64,000 nucleotides of DNA from Lama glama (taxonomy: Eukaryota), in contig CM052817.1 of NCBI GenBank assembly GCA_028534125.1, positions 73,348,001-73,412,000 of the forward strand, given 5' to 3'. How positions within the stretch are numbered: the first letter of the stretch is position 1; each line of letters starts with the position of its first letter. Below the pieces are notes generated by a model. That model did not search any database. It saw nothing but the letters and a program-made list of their open reading frames with translations, and was not told the origin of the DNA. Both the position numbers and the translations under genes were made by a program. Of the stretch, positions 52,517-64,000 are shown piece after piece.

Positions 52517-55500
52517 CCCCTAGATTTTTTTGATAGCTTTGGTTGTCTGTGACAAATAGGTATAAAATCAGTACAGCCACAGTGGGGCTAGGGCTTTGGC
52601 ATATGAATTTTGGGAGGACACAAACAAAATGGGAAAATCCTGTGTTGGACAGTTTAAACAGAATCTAGTTGCCATCTATCAGAAAAGTTTTAGAGGGGAT
52701 CCTCAAACTAGGAGAGGCTTGACCATATGATCTCAGTTTTTTAAAATCTGAAGGAACAATTTAAGGCTGTAGGTTTTTGGAAGCAGGCATATATTGCAGC
52801 ACACGTTTGAAAAAAAGGTTTGATTTTATTCTGGGAACTTCTTAGGAACCAAAATTATAGGTGTTAGAAAATCAAGGTGGAAATAAAGAAAATCTCCTAC
52901 CTCTAGAGCTGCCTATCCTTGGTTAGATATGAGAATCAAAAATGTTAGAATCTACCTAGATAGAATTTCCCATACCATAATCTTCATAAATAACAAAAAT
53001 AAAAGAAATACATATATATTTGTCATGTAGCTGGTTCTTTAAAGATCAAATTCATAATTACATTATAAATATATTGTGTAATTAATGAAGGTTGACAACT
53101 ACTTTTTGAGAACATAAACTGCATTTCATCTTATTCTTTAACACATAATAACATAGTTTGTTTTCCAGTAGGCAATGAGGTAAATTTTGCATCAGTTAGG
53201 ATATCAGATTTGGACCTAATAACAACTAAACAATTGAATGACTTGAAAACATTCTTAAATACAGGTTATACTGCAATGGAATTTGAATCCTTTTAGCATG
53301 AAAAATAGATGGTGGTCTACATTGTTCAGTGTTGTTGATGGTTACTGATGGTTAGTAATGGTTACTTAGAGGATGTTCATCATCTTAGGTGGTTGGTATT
53401 TACTTTGGGTCTCACAAAAATTTATACTGAATGCTAACTGCTGCAGAAAAAAATTTGGTCCACTACAAGATATGCAAGAAACATATAGATGATACACATT
53501 ATATAATTTTCTACTTCCTTGTTTAGTTGATTTGCTAGTATTTAGAAACATGGAGAAATGAAGGGCCAAAAAGGAAGGAGAGAAATAGAAAAGTTTTGTC
53601 CTGATATAAAGGAGGATGTACATTTTATTTGAGTGGTATGCTATTCTTTTGTTTTTGCTTTATTATAAATTTGATACTTGCTTATTATAGAATGCTTGGA
53701 AAAGAGTGCATTATTTTTAAACTTACCATCTGTTACCTCAAAACTAGAATTTTTTTGGATATCATGGACTCATCATCCCTTTTGATCCAGATTTATAAAA
53801 GAAAACCACAACGATATGGCTTACTTTTAAAAGAACTACAGTTTTTACAGTTAAGAACCTTAAAGTACTAAAAATATAAGAAAATCTTCAAATTAAGTTT
53901 TTATCTTTTGATGTCATTTATTAAATTATTTTATCAAGAAATTAAAACAAGTCACAACTGAGCCAAAAGTTAAGCTGTTAAGATTGTTCATATCGAGACT
54001 ATTGATATGAAAGGCTAGAATATTATTTACATTTTGTTTAAAGAATTTAACTATACTAGTATATACTTGCATATTAGTTATACAATAATAACTTAGAAAA
54101 GTAGTTATAAGACAAGTAGTTTTATCATATTTTTTACCCTGAAGACCCTTTGTTAAGAATTTTATCTCATCATGCATTATTAAAAATTAAATAGGAACTA
54201 TTTTATATTGTGGTTTATCACATTGCTGAATAACCAAATCATAGACATTTAAAGACTGAAATATTCTTAGAGATGATTTTGTTCATTTCTATCTTTCATA
54301 GATGAGAAAACTTAAAGCTCAGATAGAAATGAGGTGATTTCCTCTGTTGAGTAACTAGCAGCTCCTCCCGCCTCCAACCCCACCACATTTTATCACTTTT
54401 CATTTGTAGGGTTTATTAGAGTAACTAATTGTTGATTTCCCACCCCAACCCAATGTACTTGAAGATATATTTAACAATGCAAGAGAGCTCTGAAGTGCTT
54501 CTATTACAAAAGTAGATTTCATTTTAAGACAAGCCATAAAAGTTCATGAAAATCCACTGGAAAAATTTTCATGCAGTTAAGAGTTTATTTGCATAGATTT
54601 CTAACTTTGATGTCTTATGAAATCAATTGCTGTGTATTAAGGTTTCATTTATAAGAATTTGATGTATTTAATACAGTATTTTGATAGACAAGTCTCTTGT
54701 CTGGAAGAGGAATCAGGTCATTTGTTGGAGGAAATTCAATTGATTAAATAATAAAGGCAGAGTATATGGTTATCTCATTTGTTTACTGCTTTGCCTATTC
54801 CTAGCCAATAATAAAATAAGTCAATGCCATAAAAAATACTCCTCAAAATTCAATTTAAGTATAATTGAGTCTATAAGTTCTAGAGTGCTTGTAGGGGAGT
54901 ACAGTATCCAAGCCTGAGTTAATACTAAGCGATCAGGTTTAATTTCTTTCATCAGTATGAGTTGTTAGCTGCTTTCCCTTTGAGCCAAGGGAGGTGCTGA
55001 ATGCAGAGGTAAGAAGCACTTTATTCTGTTGCCTCTAATTATTCTAGCTGGGAATCAGTTCTTAAGTGCATTCATCAAATAGTGAACTTGCTGCCAGGAG
55101 CCTTATTTGCCTGCCAACATGAGAATTTGGGTATAGATTTTTGATTTCAGGGTAGCACAGTTCTTTGCAAGGAAGAACCAGTGACAGAAATTGACTCTAT
55201 AGGCAACTGTGAGACAAAACAATAAAATGAGCCTGGGCTATAGAGTCAGAAAATAATTAGGTTTGAATTCTAGTCCTAGGACTTGCAAACAGTATGACTG
55301 GGAAATACTAATTGCTTAATACTAAGCCTTAATTTGGCCATCTATGAAATGAGGATAATAATAATATGTTTACTTTGAGAATCAAATGAAATAATGAATG
55401 TCAAGCCCCAACAGCAGCATCTGGTACATGTTGCATGTCTTAATTCCCTCCCTGTCTCCCTACAAATCCAACTCTACTTTCTTTAGATTCTTTTAGAGAC

Positions 55501-55914
55501 TAAACTGCAGAATAACTGAAGTGGGGACAGAGAGCATTGGGCTATTACAGAAGTCATCTTATCTGTAGACATTGCCTTCCAATATGTGTAGGAGGGGGAC
55601 TGAAATTACCATTCTCCACTGTGCTCTCAGCCTAACCCCTGCACTGACTGTAAACAGTGCAAATCCAATTAATTCCAATTCCCAGAAGCCTCATCTCTGG
55701 CTCTATTACTCAGAGACTTGACATGATGACAATGAGTCCTGCATTCCAGGGTGAAGTGATTCAAGATTGGTTCTTTGCTTATAGAGTCCCAGTGCTCAGG
55801 TAGGGTGGGTTACTATTTTTCTCTATGAAAGATGAACAAGAGCCATAGATGCTAAAGTAAGATAGATGTCAAGATCCAAGGACAGGATCAGAAAGGACAA
55901 CTGGATAATCTTTA

Positions 55915-56620
55915 AAATTGTGGTAAAATGCATATACCATAAACTTTACTATTTTAACCATTTTTAAGTAAGAGTACAGTTTGGTGACATTAAATACATT
56001 TACATTGTTGTGGAATCATCACCATCCATGCCTGGAACTTCTTTATTCTTATGAAATGAAAACTGTATACCCATTAAACTATAACTTACCCCCTCCAGCC
56101 CCTGGCCACCACCATTCTGCTTTATGTCTTTATAAATTTGACTACTCTAGATACCTCATGAGTGGAATCATACAGTATATGTACTTTTGTGACTGGCTTA
56201 TTTTGCTTACCATAATGACTTTGGGGTTCATCTGTATTGTAGCATTTATCAGAATTTCCTTCCTTTTTGTGGCTGAATAATATTCCATTGTATGTATATA
56301 CTATATTTTGTTTAGCTATTCATTCATCAATGGATACTTGGGTTGCTTCCACCTCTTTGCTAGTGTGAATAATGCTTTTACAGACATTGGTGTATAAATA
56401 TCTGTTCAAGTCCCTGCTTTCAGGTCTTTTGAGTGAATACCAAGAAGTTAAATTGCTGGATCAAATGGTAATTACATTATAATTTTTTTAGGAATTGCTG
56501 AACTTTTCCATAGTGACTGCATCATTTTACATTGCCACCAGCAGTGTACACATCCTTGCCAACACTTGTTAGTTTCTGTTTTTTTTTAAATAATGTCATC
56601 CAAATGGGTGTGAAGTGGTA
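55915..56620 (-). mobile_element. L1MB-like 3' end
   Basis: attgtggtaaaatgcatatacc ... ggctgaataatattccattgtatg ... gggtgtgaagtggta. Confidence 0.88.
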
Positions 56621-57094
56621 GATTAATCTTAAAGAACATGAATTATGATGTCCCATGCATAACCTGTTTCATTTCCTAGCCTAGGCTCCATGCTCATAGT
56701 AGGTACTTGTTAAATGATGAATGAGAACCCATACTTCATAAATGAAATGAAATACTAATAGAAAATAACCCTGGAAGTATTACAATACAACTTATTCATC
56801 TATCCATTCATGAAATGGAGTATGTGACAAGCACTATGTTAATTGTTAGGAGTTCAAATTTCAATAAAAAGTGAAACCAGAACAAATGTAGTTCCTTCTC
56901 ACAAAGACCTCATAATCTGTTACCTGTAGGAAGAAAAGCTGAACCAAGATATGACAGCTTAATTAAAATATCCTTAAACACATCTAACCCTTTTGGTTCT
57001 AGGGTCTGTATTTTTCAAGGCAAATAATGATTAGTAATGATACTGTATTTTGTTTTGGTGACACGTGTATTTTCTTTTGTGAATTAATGTATAT

Positions 57095-57165
57095 CATACA
57101 TACATACATGTATGCATATATGTGTATAAATTGGATAGATAGATAGATAGATAGACAGACAGATA
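57095..57165. repeat. Compound microsatellite (CATA)n/(GATA)n/(GACA)n
   Basis: Directly visible. Confidence 0.85.
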
Positions 57166-57769
57166 TAGTTTACTTCATTGGATTCAAGGACTCAGGAGTT
57201 CTGGCAGTAAAATAAGCCCTGATGGCTGTAAGGCATCCATTGTATGTAATGAATTAACTTCTCTTTGCATCTAGAATGGTAGTAGTTATTTGCCATTCTT
57301 GGGAGAATTGAGAAGTAATCTCTCATATAATTTTTGGTATTCTGTACTTAGATGAAGAACCCCTGTTGTGAAAGTCTGCCTCAGTGACTTTCCACTTTTG
57401 AGTGAAGTAATAAGAATTGATCTTGTGAACCTACAAAGTGGAGGAATATTCACTGGACCATGGTAATTGCAGAGACACCCAGGACACTAAAGGAGTCAGT
57501 TGACTCGACTTGTACATTACTGCTTCTGCCTTCCATATACATTCAGAAGGATGAGGAGGAATAGTCTGATTTTCTTCCTGTAGAGAGGAGAATTGGGCTT
57601 ATTTTTTTTGAGGGGGTGGGATTTGTTTTATGCCCAAGTCAGCAACATGCTGCAAACATTGATGCTGCCATTTTGTTTATTATACTGAAGCCACACACTG
57701 AACTGCCTCCTTGAACATAAATGTACAGTGCCTTGCTACTGGGATCTGCACTACTCTTTCTACCTATTT

Positions 57770-58420
57770 AATTTCACTTATGTAACAAGTATTTATGGAG
57801 CTCCTTCTCCATCCCCAGTACTATGCTGTGTCCTGAGAATACAAAGGTGGACTGATCCTGTGGTCTAGTGGTGAAAGACAAGTGAATAGCCAGTTATAAT
57901 TGCTGCTATTCATAAAGCACAGGAAGCTGAGGTAGCACAGAAAAGAAACCCCTAATTCAGATGAGAAGAATGAGTGGGGAGACTCCCTGGGGAAACTGAT
58001 AACTAAATTAAGATCTATCGATTGATTAGGAGTTAGCTAAGCAAGGAAAGGGAAAACTTTTTTAGAAGAAACAGCACATACAAAGGCCCAGAATGGGTAA
58101 GCATGCATTCCTAAGAAATGAAAAAAAAATGTAATCCTGGTTTGAGACCAGATTTGAGGGTGTGAGATGAAGCCAGAGAGATAAGCAGGCGCTAATCTAG
58201 GATATTACAATCCTTCTTCCAGACTTTGGTGACTTTTTGGATATGTGATGTGGGGGGAAAAGGGTGACTCCCCCTGGTTTCTGGCTTGGCCACTGAGTGA
58301 GATGGAAAACAGTAAGAGTATCAGGTTTCCTAAGGAAGATAGTAAATTCAATTTAAGGTAATTTGTATTTGAGGCGCCTGTGTAACAACCAAGGAGGCTT
58401 TTAGGGTGAAAGTTTAGGGG
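57770..58420 (-). mobile_element. L2 fragment
   Basis: aacaagtatttatggagctcc ... tttgaggcgcctgtg. Confidence 0.6.
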
Positions 58421-58694
58421 GAGATTAGGAGAAATTATTGTTGTTGATGTTTTAATTGTTGCTCTTATTGCAAATCTTCTTTTAGGATGCCTCTGTAGAA
58501 TAAATAATTTACGAATTAGAGATATTTCCTGTGGGATTGGATCCAAAGAGTATAAGAAGAAAGAGCATATAACTTGCTGCTTCTTGGGAGCATATTGGGC
58601 ATTGTTTTGATGATCATTTTTTTACCAACAGCGAAATAGTTCTCCTTCAAATTTCCTTGTATATATATGGTTATATATACATAGATAAGGTCTT

Positions 58695-58872
58695 TTTTAT
58701 GAATTAATTTTTTTAAAGTTTACAATTTTATTTATTTTTACTTTTTTTGTTTTTGGGGGTAGGTAATTCGGTTTATTTATTTATTTTTAAAATGTAGGTA
58801 CCAGGGGTTGACCCAGGACCTTATGCATGCTAACTAAGCACACACTGTACCACTGAGCTATACTCTCCCCTT
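58695..58872 (-). mobile_element. Camelid tRNA-derived SINE (vic-1 type)
   Basis: Perfect TSD gataaggtctt at 58684-58694 and 58873-58883. Confidence 0.9.
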
Positions 58873-59531
58873 GATAAGGTCTTGATATATTGGCTGATGT
58901 GCTTATCTTTGGGAAGTGGGATTAGCTGGAGGAGAGGGAAATATTACTTTATGTCACTTTATATTGCTAGAACTTTTTTACACAAAGCATTTTATTTTTA
59001 TGAAAAAATAATCATTTGAAAATTATCGAGTAAACATTCTGAGTACGTTGGATGGATAAAAAATAATTGAAGGGGTAGGGGAGTTTTGAAGGGCAATGTA
59101 GAAGACATTGAAAGAAAAAAAATGGCTGGAAGTGAGTTAGGAGGTTTGGGGATACTGCACAAACTACACGGGGAAGTCTTCTTGCCTCCCTAAGTGGTTT
59201 ATTAGGAACCATGTGTAAAGGAATTTTTGTGATTGAGTTGTTACTTCTTATTTATCCTCCTGTAGCAAACCTCCAACATTATACGTGTTAGCAAGACTCA
59301 ACCAGTACTCCCTGTTAGGCTGTCGTGGTTATTTATAGCTAATGTCTGTTCTGGTTGGTTTGATTACTGGTTGTTATTATTACTACTGCCTTAGTAATTT
59401 ACATTCTGTGGCATCACCGAATTAGGAAACCTTTTGTGACATCTGCTTTTTCTTCCATCTCCTTTTAAGTTGAGCTGTTAGCTCCTTCTCCGTTTATTCA
59501 GTATTCCCTGATCCATGCCTATCTTGGTACC

Positions 59532-59970
59532 TGTGGTGGGTTAAATAATGACCCCCAAAGGTATCTGGTCCTAATTCCTGGAACCATTACATGTTACCTT
59601 ATGGAAAAGGGATCCTTGCAAATGTGATTAAGTGAAAGATCTTGAGATGGGAACATTATACTTGGTTATACAGATAGACCCTAAATGCCATTACAAGTGT
59701 CCTTATAGGAGATAGGCAGAGAGAGATTGACACACAGACAGAAGAGAATGCAATGTAAAGCTGGAGAAGACAGAGATTTGAAGATACTGGCTTTGAAGAT
59801 TGGAGTGATGTGGCTACAAGTCAAGGGATGCTGACAGCCACTAGAAACTAAGGGGTAAGGGACAGATTCTCCCTGGAGCCTTGGGAGGGAATGCAGCCCT
59901 GCTGACACCTTGATTTTGACCTCTTGAAACATTTCACGTTTCAACTCCAGAAATCTGAGAAAATAAGTAT
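59532..59970 (+). mobile_element. MaLR LTR (MLT1D-like)
   Basis: tgtggtgggttaaataatgaccccc ... gcagccctgctgacaccttgatttt. Confidence 0.85.
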
Positions 59971-59979
59971 CTCTCACTC

Positions 59980-61255
59980 CATTGGTCACTTTTACATTTT
60001 GTTGTTTGTTTTCTTTGCTTTACAACATTTGATATAGTACCACTTGTTTGTTATTGCTTCTGTTACCTGTGCTTTTGGTATCGTATCCAAAAAATTGTTG
60101 CCAGAAGGTTGTTTTCCTATGTTTTCTTCTAGGAGTTTTACGGTTCCAGGTCTTCCATTTAGGTATTTAATCCATTTCAGGTTAATTTTTGAGTATGGTA
60201 TAAGATAAGGGTCCAATTTCATTTTTTTTTACATGTGGCTGTCCTACTTTCCCAACATTATTTTTTGAAAAGATTATCCTTTACCTATTCTGTATTCTTG
60301 GCACCCTTGTCATAGGTTAGTTGACTATATGTGCATGGGTTTATTTCTGGGCTCTCTATTCTGTTCCATTGGTTTACGTGTCTGTTTTCTGCCAGTACCA
60401 TTCTGTTTTGAATACTGTACTTACATAATATAGTTTGAAATCAGGGAGCATGATGCCTTCAGCTTTATTCCTCTTTCTCAGGAGTTTTTGGGTATTTAGT
60501 GTCTTTTATGGTTCCATTTGAATTGTAGTTTTCTTCTATTTCTACGAAAAATGCTATTGGAATTTTATAGAAATTGCATTGAATTTGTAGATTGCTTTGG
60601 GTATTATGAACATTTTAACAGTATTAGTTTTTCTAATTTGTGAACATGGAGTATCTTTCCATTTATTAGTGCCGTCTTCAATTTCTTTCTGTAATGTGTT
60701 ATAGTTTTCAGTGTACAAGTCTTTTACCTCCTTGGTTAAATTTATTCCTAAGTATTTTATTCTTTTTGATGCTATTGTAAGTGAGATTTAAAAAATTTTC
60801 TCTGATAGTTTGTTGTTAATGTATAGAAACACAATTGATTTTTGTACATTAATTTTGTATCCTGCAACTTTACTGAGTATGTTTGTTAATTCCAATAGTT
60901 TTCTTTTTTGAGGTGTCTTTAGGGTTTTCTGTGTATAAGAGTATGTCATCTGTAAACAGAGACAATGTTACTTCTTCCTTTTCTGTTTGGATGCCTTTTA
61001 TTTCCTTTTGTTGCCTTGTTAATGTGGCTAAAACTAGTGCTATGTTGAATAGACCTGTCAAAAGTGTACATCCTTGTCTTTTTCCTGATCTTAGAGGAAA
61101 TGTTTTCAGCTTTTCATGGTTGAATATGATGTTAGATGTGGACTGTCATATTTAACCTTTTCCTGTGTTGAGGTTCTACACCCAATTTGTTGAGAGTTCT
61201 ATTATGAAAGGATGTTGAATTCTGTCAAATGCTTTTTCTTCATCAGTTGAGATGA
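59980..61255 (-). mobile_element. L1 ORF2 fragment
   Basis: ORF remnants KLDPYLIPYSKINLKWIK and [19 protein letters not shown] (reverse-transcriptase FADD region). Confidence 0.92.
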
Positions 61256-62099
61256 CCAGCATATTTTTCTGATGCTTTGTAAGCTCTAGGCACTGACCTA
61301 GGCACTGAGGAGACCATTAGAAAGGATCCAGACACTAGCCCAGTGCTCCAAGAGCTAATATTCTGGTTGCAGTCTAAGATCACAAGGATGTAGGGACTGT
61401 GACAAAGTAGCTAGGTCTGTGGATTTTTGTATCTTTGTTTTTAAGATTGTGTGGGGCAAACAAAATGAGTCTGTAGGGGAACCTGGCTCTTGGGTGGCCT
61501 GAAGTTTCTTAGCATGGTTTCCAAGGCCCTCTCTGATTGAGGTCCCTTTTAAGCACTTTCCATCCTTATTTCCTGCTACTCCATAATTCTCAGTCCAGCA
61601 GTACAGACCTGTTTCTAGTCCCTGCAAAACACTATGCTGTTCTACACCTCTGTTTCTGTTGTCTTTTCTATTGTCGCTCTCTCTCCAGTCACAATTGCTG
61701 TTAAAATACCTGACACTCATTGACTGTAGGTTGAACTGAACTGAATATGACTCAAGTGTTATTTAAGTAACTTACAGTCTGGTTGAGGAGACAAATGTGT
61801 ATGCAAACATCTTCACAGAAACACATGCAGGCACCAAAATAAGTTCACTGCTCTAATTGGAATGATATACCACAGCAATGAAAAATGTGCAAATGTAATT
61901 TACAGTCACTGTTCTTTGAGGAGAGCTGGAGAATGGCAGAGATTCTGTGTGATGGGTGATTTTTATTCATATTTTTAGAAAGAGGTTAAACTTTGGATTT
62001 TGCTGTACAATAGGGTTTGACATTGGTCCTCAGCAAAATTAAAAATGAATTTTAAAATAGGAAGTGTGTGAGGATTCAGATTGGGGAGCAATAATCACT

Positions 62100-63080
62100 A
62101 GGAATCAGGGTGGGTTTACAAAGAGTGGATGAGATCAAACTCATCTTGCTCCTTTTATTCATAGGTCTCTTAATTGGTAAGGAAATGCTGAAGATCCAAT
62201 GTTTCAACTTGGCCTTGGACAAAACCCCAGAAAGAAGCATTTAGTTATTTTGTCATTGGACTTGATTCTTTACTCTTTTTCAGACTTCGTGGATGAGGCT
62301 AAAGAAAGACATGTTAATTAAATTTACAGATGACTATGTTTTAATTCCTTTCAAATTTCACAAGGGTACATGTAACCATATATGTACAAATAGATTCAGC
62401 ATTCATCTGCTTATATTCAAGAAAATGTAGATCTATTTTAAGAACAATTCAGTGGAAAAGGTCTTGTGACTTTAGTTAACTGCAAGCTCATTATGAGCAG
62501 ATAGTGCAGAGGATTGCCAAGAAAAGTGAATACAAATCTAGGCTGCATTGGGGGTTGGAGGTTGTAGCTCAGTGGTAGAGCAAGTGCTTGGCATGCATGG
62601 GGACTGGGTTCAATCCCCAGTGTTTCTGTTAAGGGAAAAAATAGTAAAAAAAAATTTTTTTAATTTTTAAAAAATAGTAAAGTTTTTTTAAAAATTAAAA
62701 AAGAATCTAGACTGCATTAATAACAGCTGATTTTCAGGATAAGATTACCACTTCTTTGTGCTTCTTAGACCAGATATATTTGAAGTCTTGAGTTCTTAGA
62801 TCTGGGTTCCACATTTCAAGAGGAAACACTGACAAAATGGAGCATATTTGGAAGTAGGTAAGCAGGACAATGAAGAGAGTGAAAAATTATGTCAAACAGA
62901 AAATGGCTGAGTAAACTGGGAACTTAATTGCTTTCTTCAATTATGTGGAAGAAAGGGTACACAAATTTTATGTCACTCCAGAGAACAGAACTAAAACAGT
63001 GGGGCTGAGGAATTTGGAGAAAGCATTTTATAACTCAATATTAGGAAGAACTAAAAACTAGAGCTCTTAAAATTTGAGTG
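62100..63080 (+). mobile_element. L3/CR1 LINE fragment split by a SINE
   Basis: ggaaaaggtcttgtgactttagttaactgcaagctcattatgagc ... ctaggctgcatt ... ctgggttccacatttcaagagg, matching the CR1 ORF2 C-terminal pattern. Confidence 0.65.
62550..62703 (+). mobile_element. Camelid tRNA-derived SINE (vic-1 type)
   Basis: TSD aatctag(g/a)ctgcatt at 62535-62549 and 62704-62718. Confidence 0.9.
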
Positions 63081-63229
63081 AGATTAAGTATTAATTGTCA
63101 GTAATGTAGAGATGATAATTCTTTCCTATTCAATTTTAATCAAACTCTAATAGAAAACAAACAAATGAAAATGGGATTTTTTTTTTCTAAAGTTGGGGGC
63201 AAATTTCAAAAATTACCTGAAAAAACAAA

Positions 63230-64000
63230 TGGACAGAGAAGGACAAATACTGTATGATATCACTTATATGTAGAATCTAAAAAATAAATCAAACTAGTGA
63301 ATATAACAACAATAACAAGAAAAACAAAGGGGCAAAAATGGCTTTAATTGAAAAGAGAAGGTTGTTTCATTATTATATAAAGCTATAGTGATTAAATTAA
63401 AATGGCGCTGGTATAGACAAATCAATGAAATAGTTATCTCAGAAATAGACTTTGATATATCAATAATTTAATAAAAGACGAAAGTATAATAAGTGAGGAG
63501 AAATAGATGGATTATTTAATAATTTTAAAGGATAATTGGTTTCATAATGGGGAAAGACAAAAATACTCAAAAAAAAAATCCTGGTAATTTAAATTGTTAT
63601 GTGATTAAAAAAAAATCAAGCCATAAAAATTAGAAAAATTGGAGGTAAATATTTAGAAAACTCCTGGACTTGGGAAGAATTTTTCTGTGTTATTATGTTT
63701 TACTGTACAACCTATCAAATATAAAAATAAATAGGGTGAATAGTATGGCAAATACCCATACATTCCTACATAGGTTTACTAATCATTAACATTTTGCCAT
63801 ATTTTCTTTCCTTTTTAAAGCATATGGAAATAAATTATAGTCATATTGTTTTACCCCTACATTCCATGGTATGTATCTCTAAGAAAAGGATATTTTCCTA
63901 ACTACACATAATATTATTATCACATCTGAAAAATTAATAAAAATTCCCTGATATCTTCTAATAGTCTGTACACATTCAGTTTCCTCAGTTGTCCCCAAAG
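63230..64000. mobile_element. Old L1 fragments (mixed orientation)
   Basis: gacaaatactgtatgatatcacttatatg (+ strand); L1MC-like antisense 3'UTR from ~63700. Confidence 0.6.

Noticed and set aside
1..64000. Short ORFs in the six-frame track as protein-coding genes
   Set aside because: They are 60-130 aa, mostly inside TEs, with no recognisable domains or exon structure; the only real homologies are L1 ORF2 remnants and two pseudogenes
1..64000. CRISPR array, operon or other novel multi-gene system
   Set aside because: Eukaryotic repeat-rich DNA with no regularly spaced repeats and no gene cluster

Overview
Mammalian non-coding DNA, almost certainly camelid (alpaca/llama/camel). The evidence is ten tRNA-derived vic-1-type SINEs, most with target-site duplications (TSDs). 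The window is AT-rich, CpG-poor and dominated by transposable elements: L1, L2, L3/CR1, MIR, MaLR LTRs, four MER34-like ERV1 solo LTRs and DNA-transposon fossils. I found no intact protein-coding exon; the ORF track is essentially noise. Two processed pseudogenes lie on the minus strand: an old, deleted CTDNEP1 (Dullard) retrocopy (~37440-38218) and a full-length RPL34 retrocopy (39735-40175). There is a 500-N gap inside a young L1. Most LTRs, L1s and both retrocopies are on the minus strand, which suggests (inference only) an intron of a + strand gene. I see no evidence of a novel multi-gene system. The most notable observations are a 90-bp templated inverted insertion, a SINE/L1-tail chimera, a 3'-truncated L1 with a perfect TSD, the same-orientation LTR cluster and two strong CTCF motifs. 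Repeat subfamily names come from recalled consensus sequences and need Dfam/RepeatMasker confirmation.
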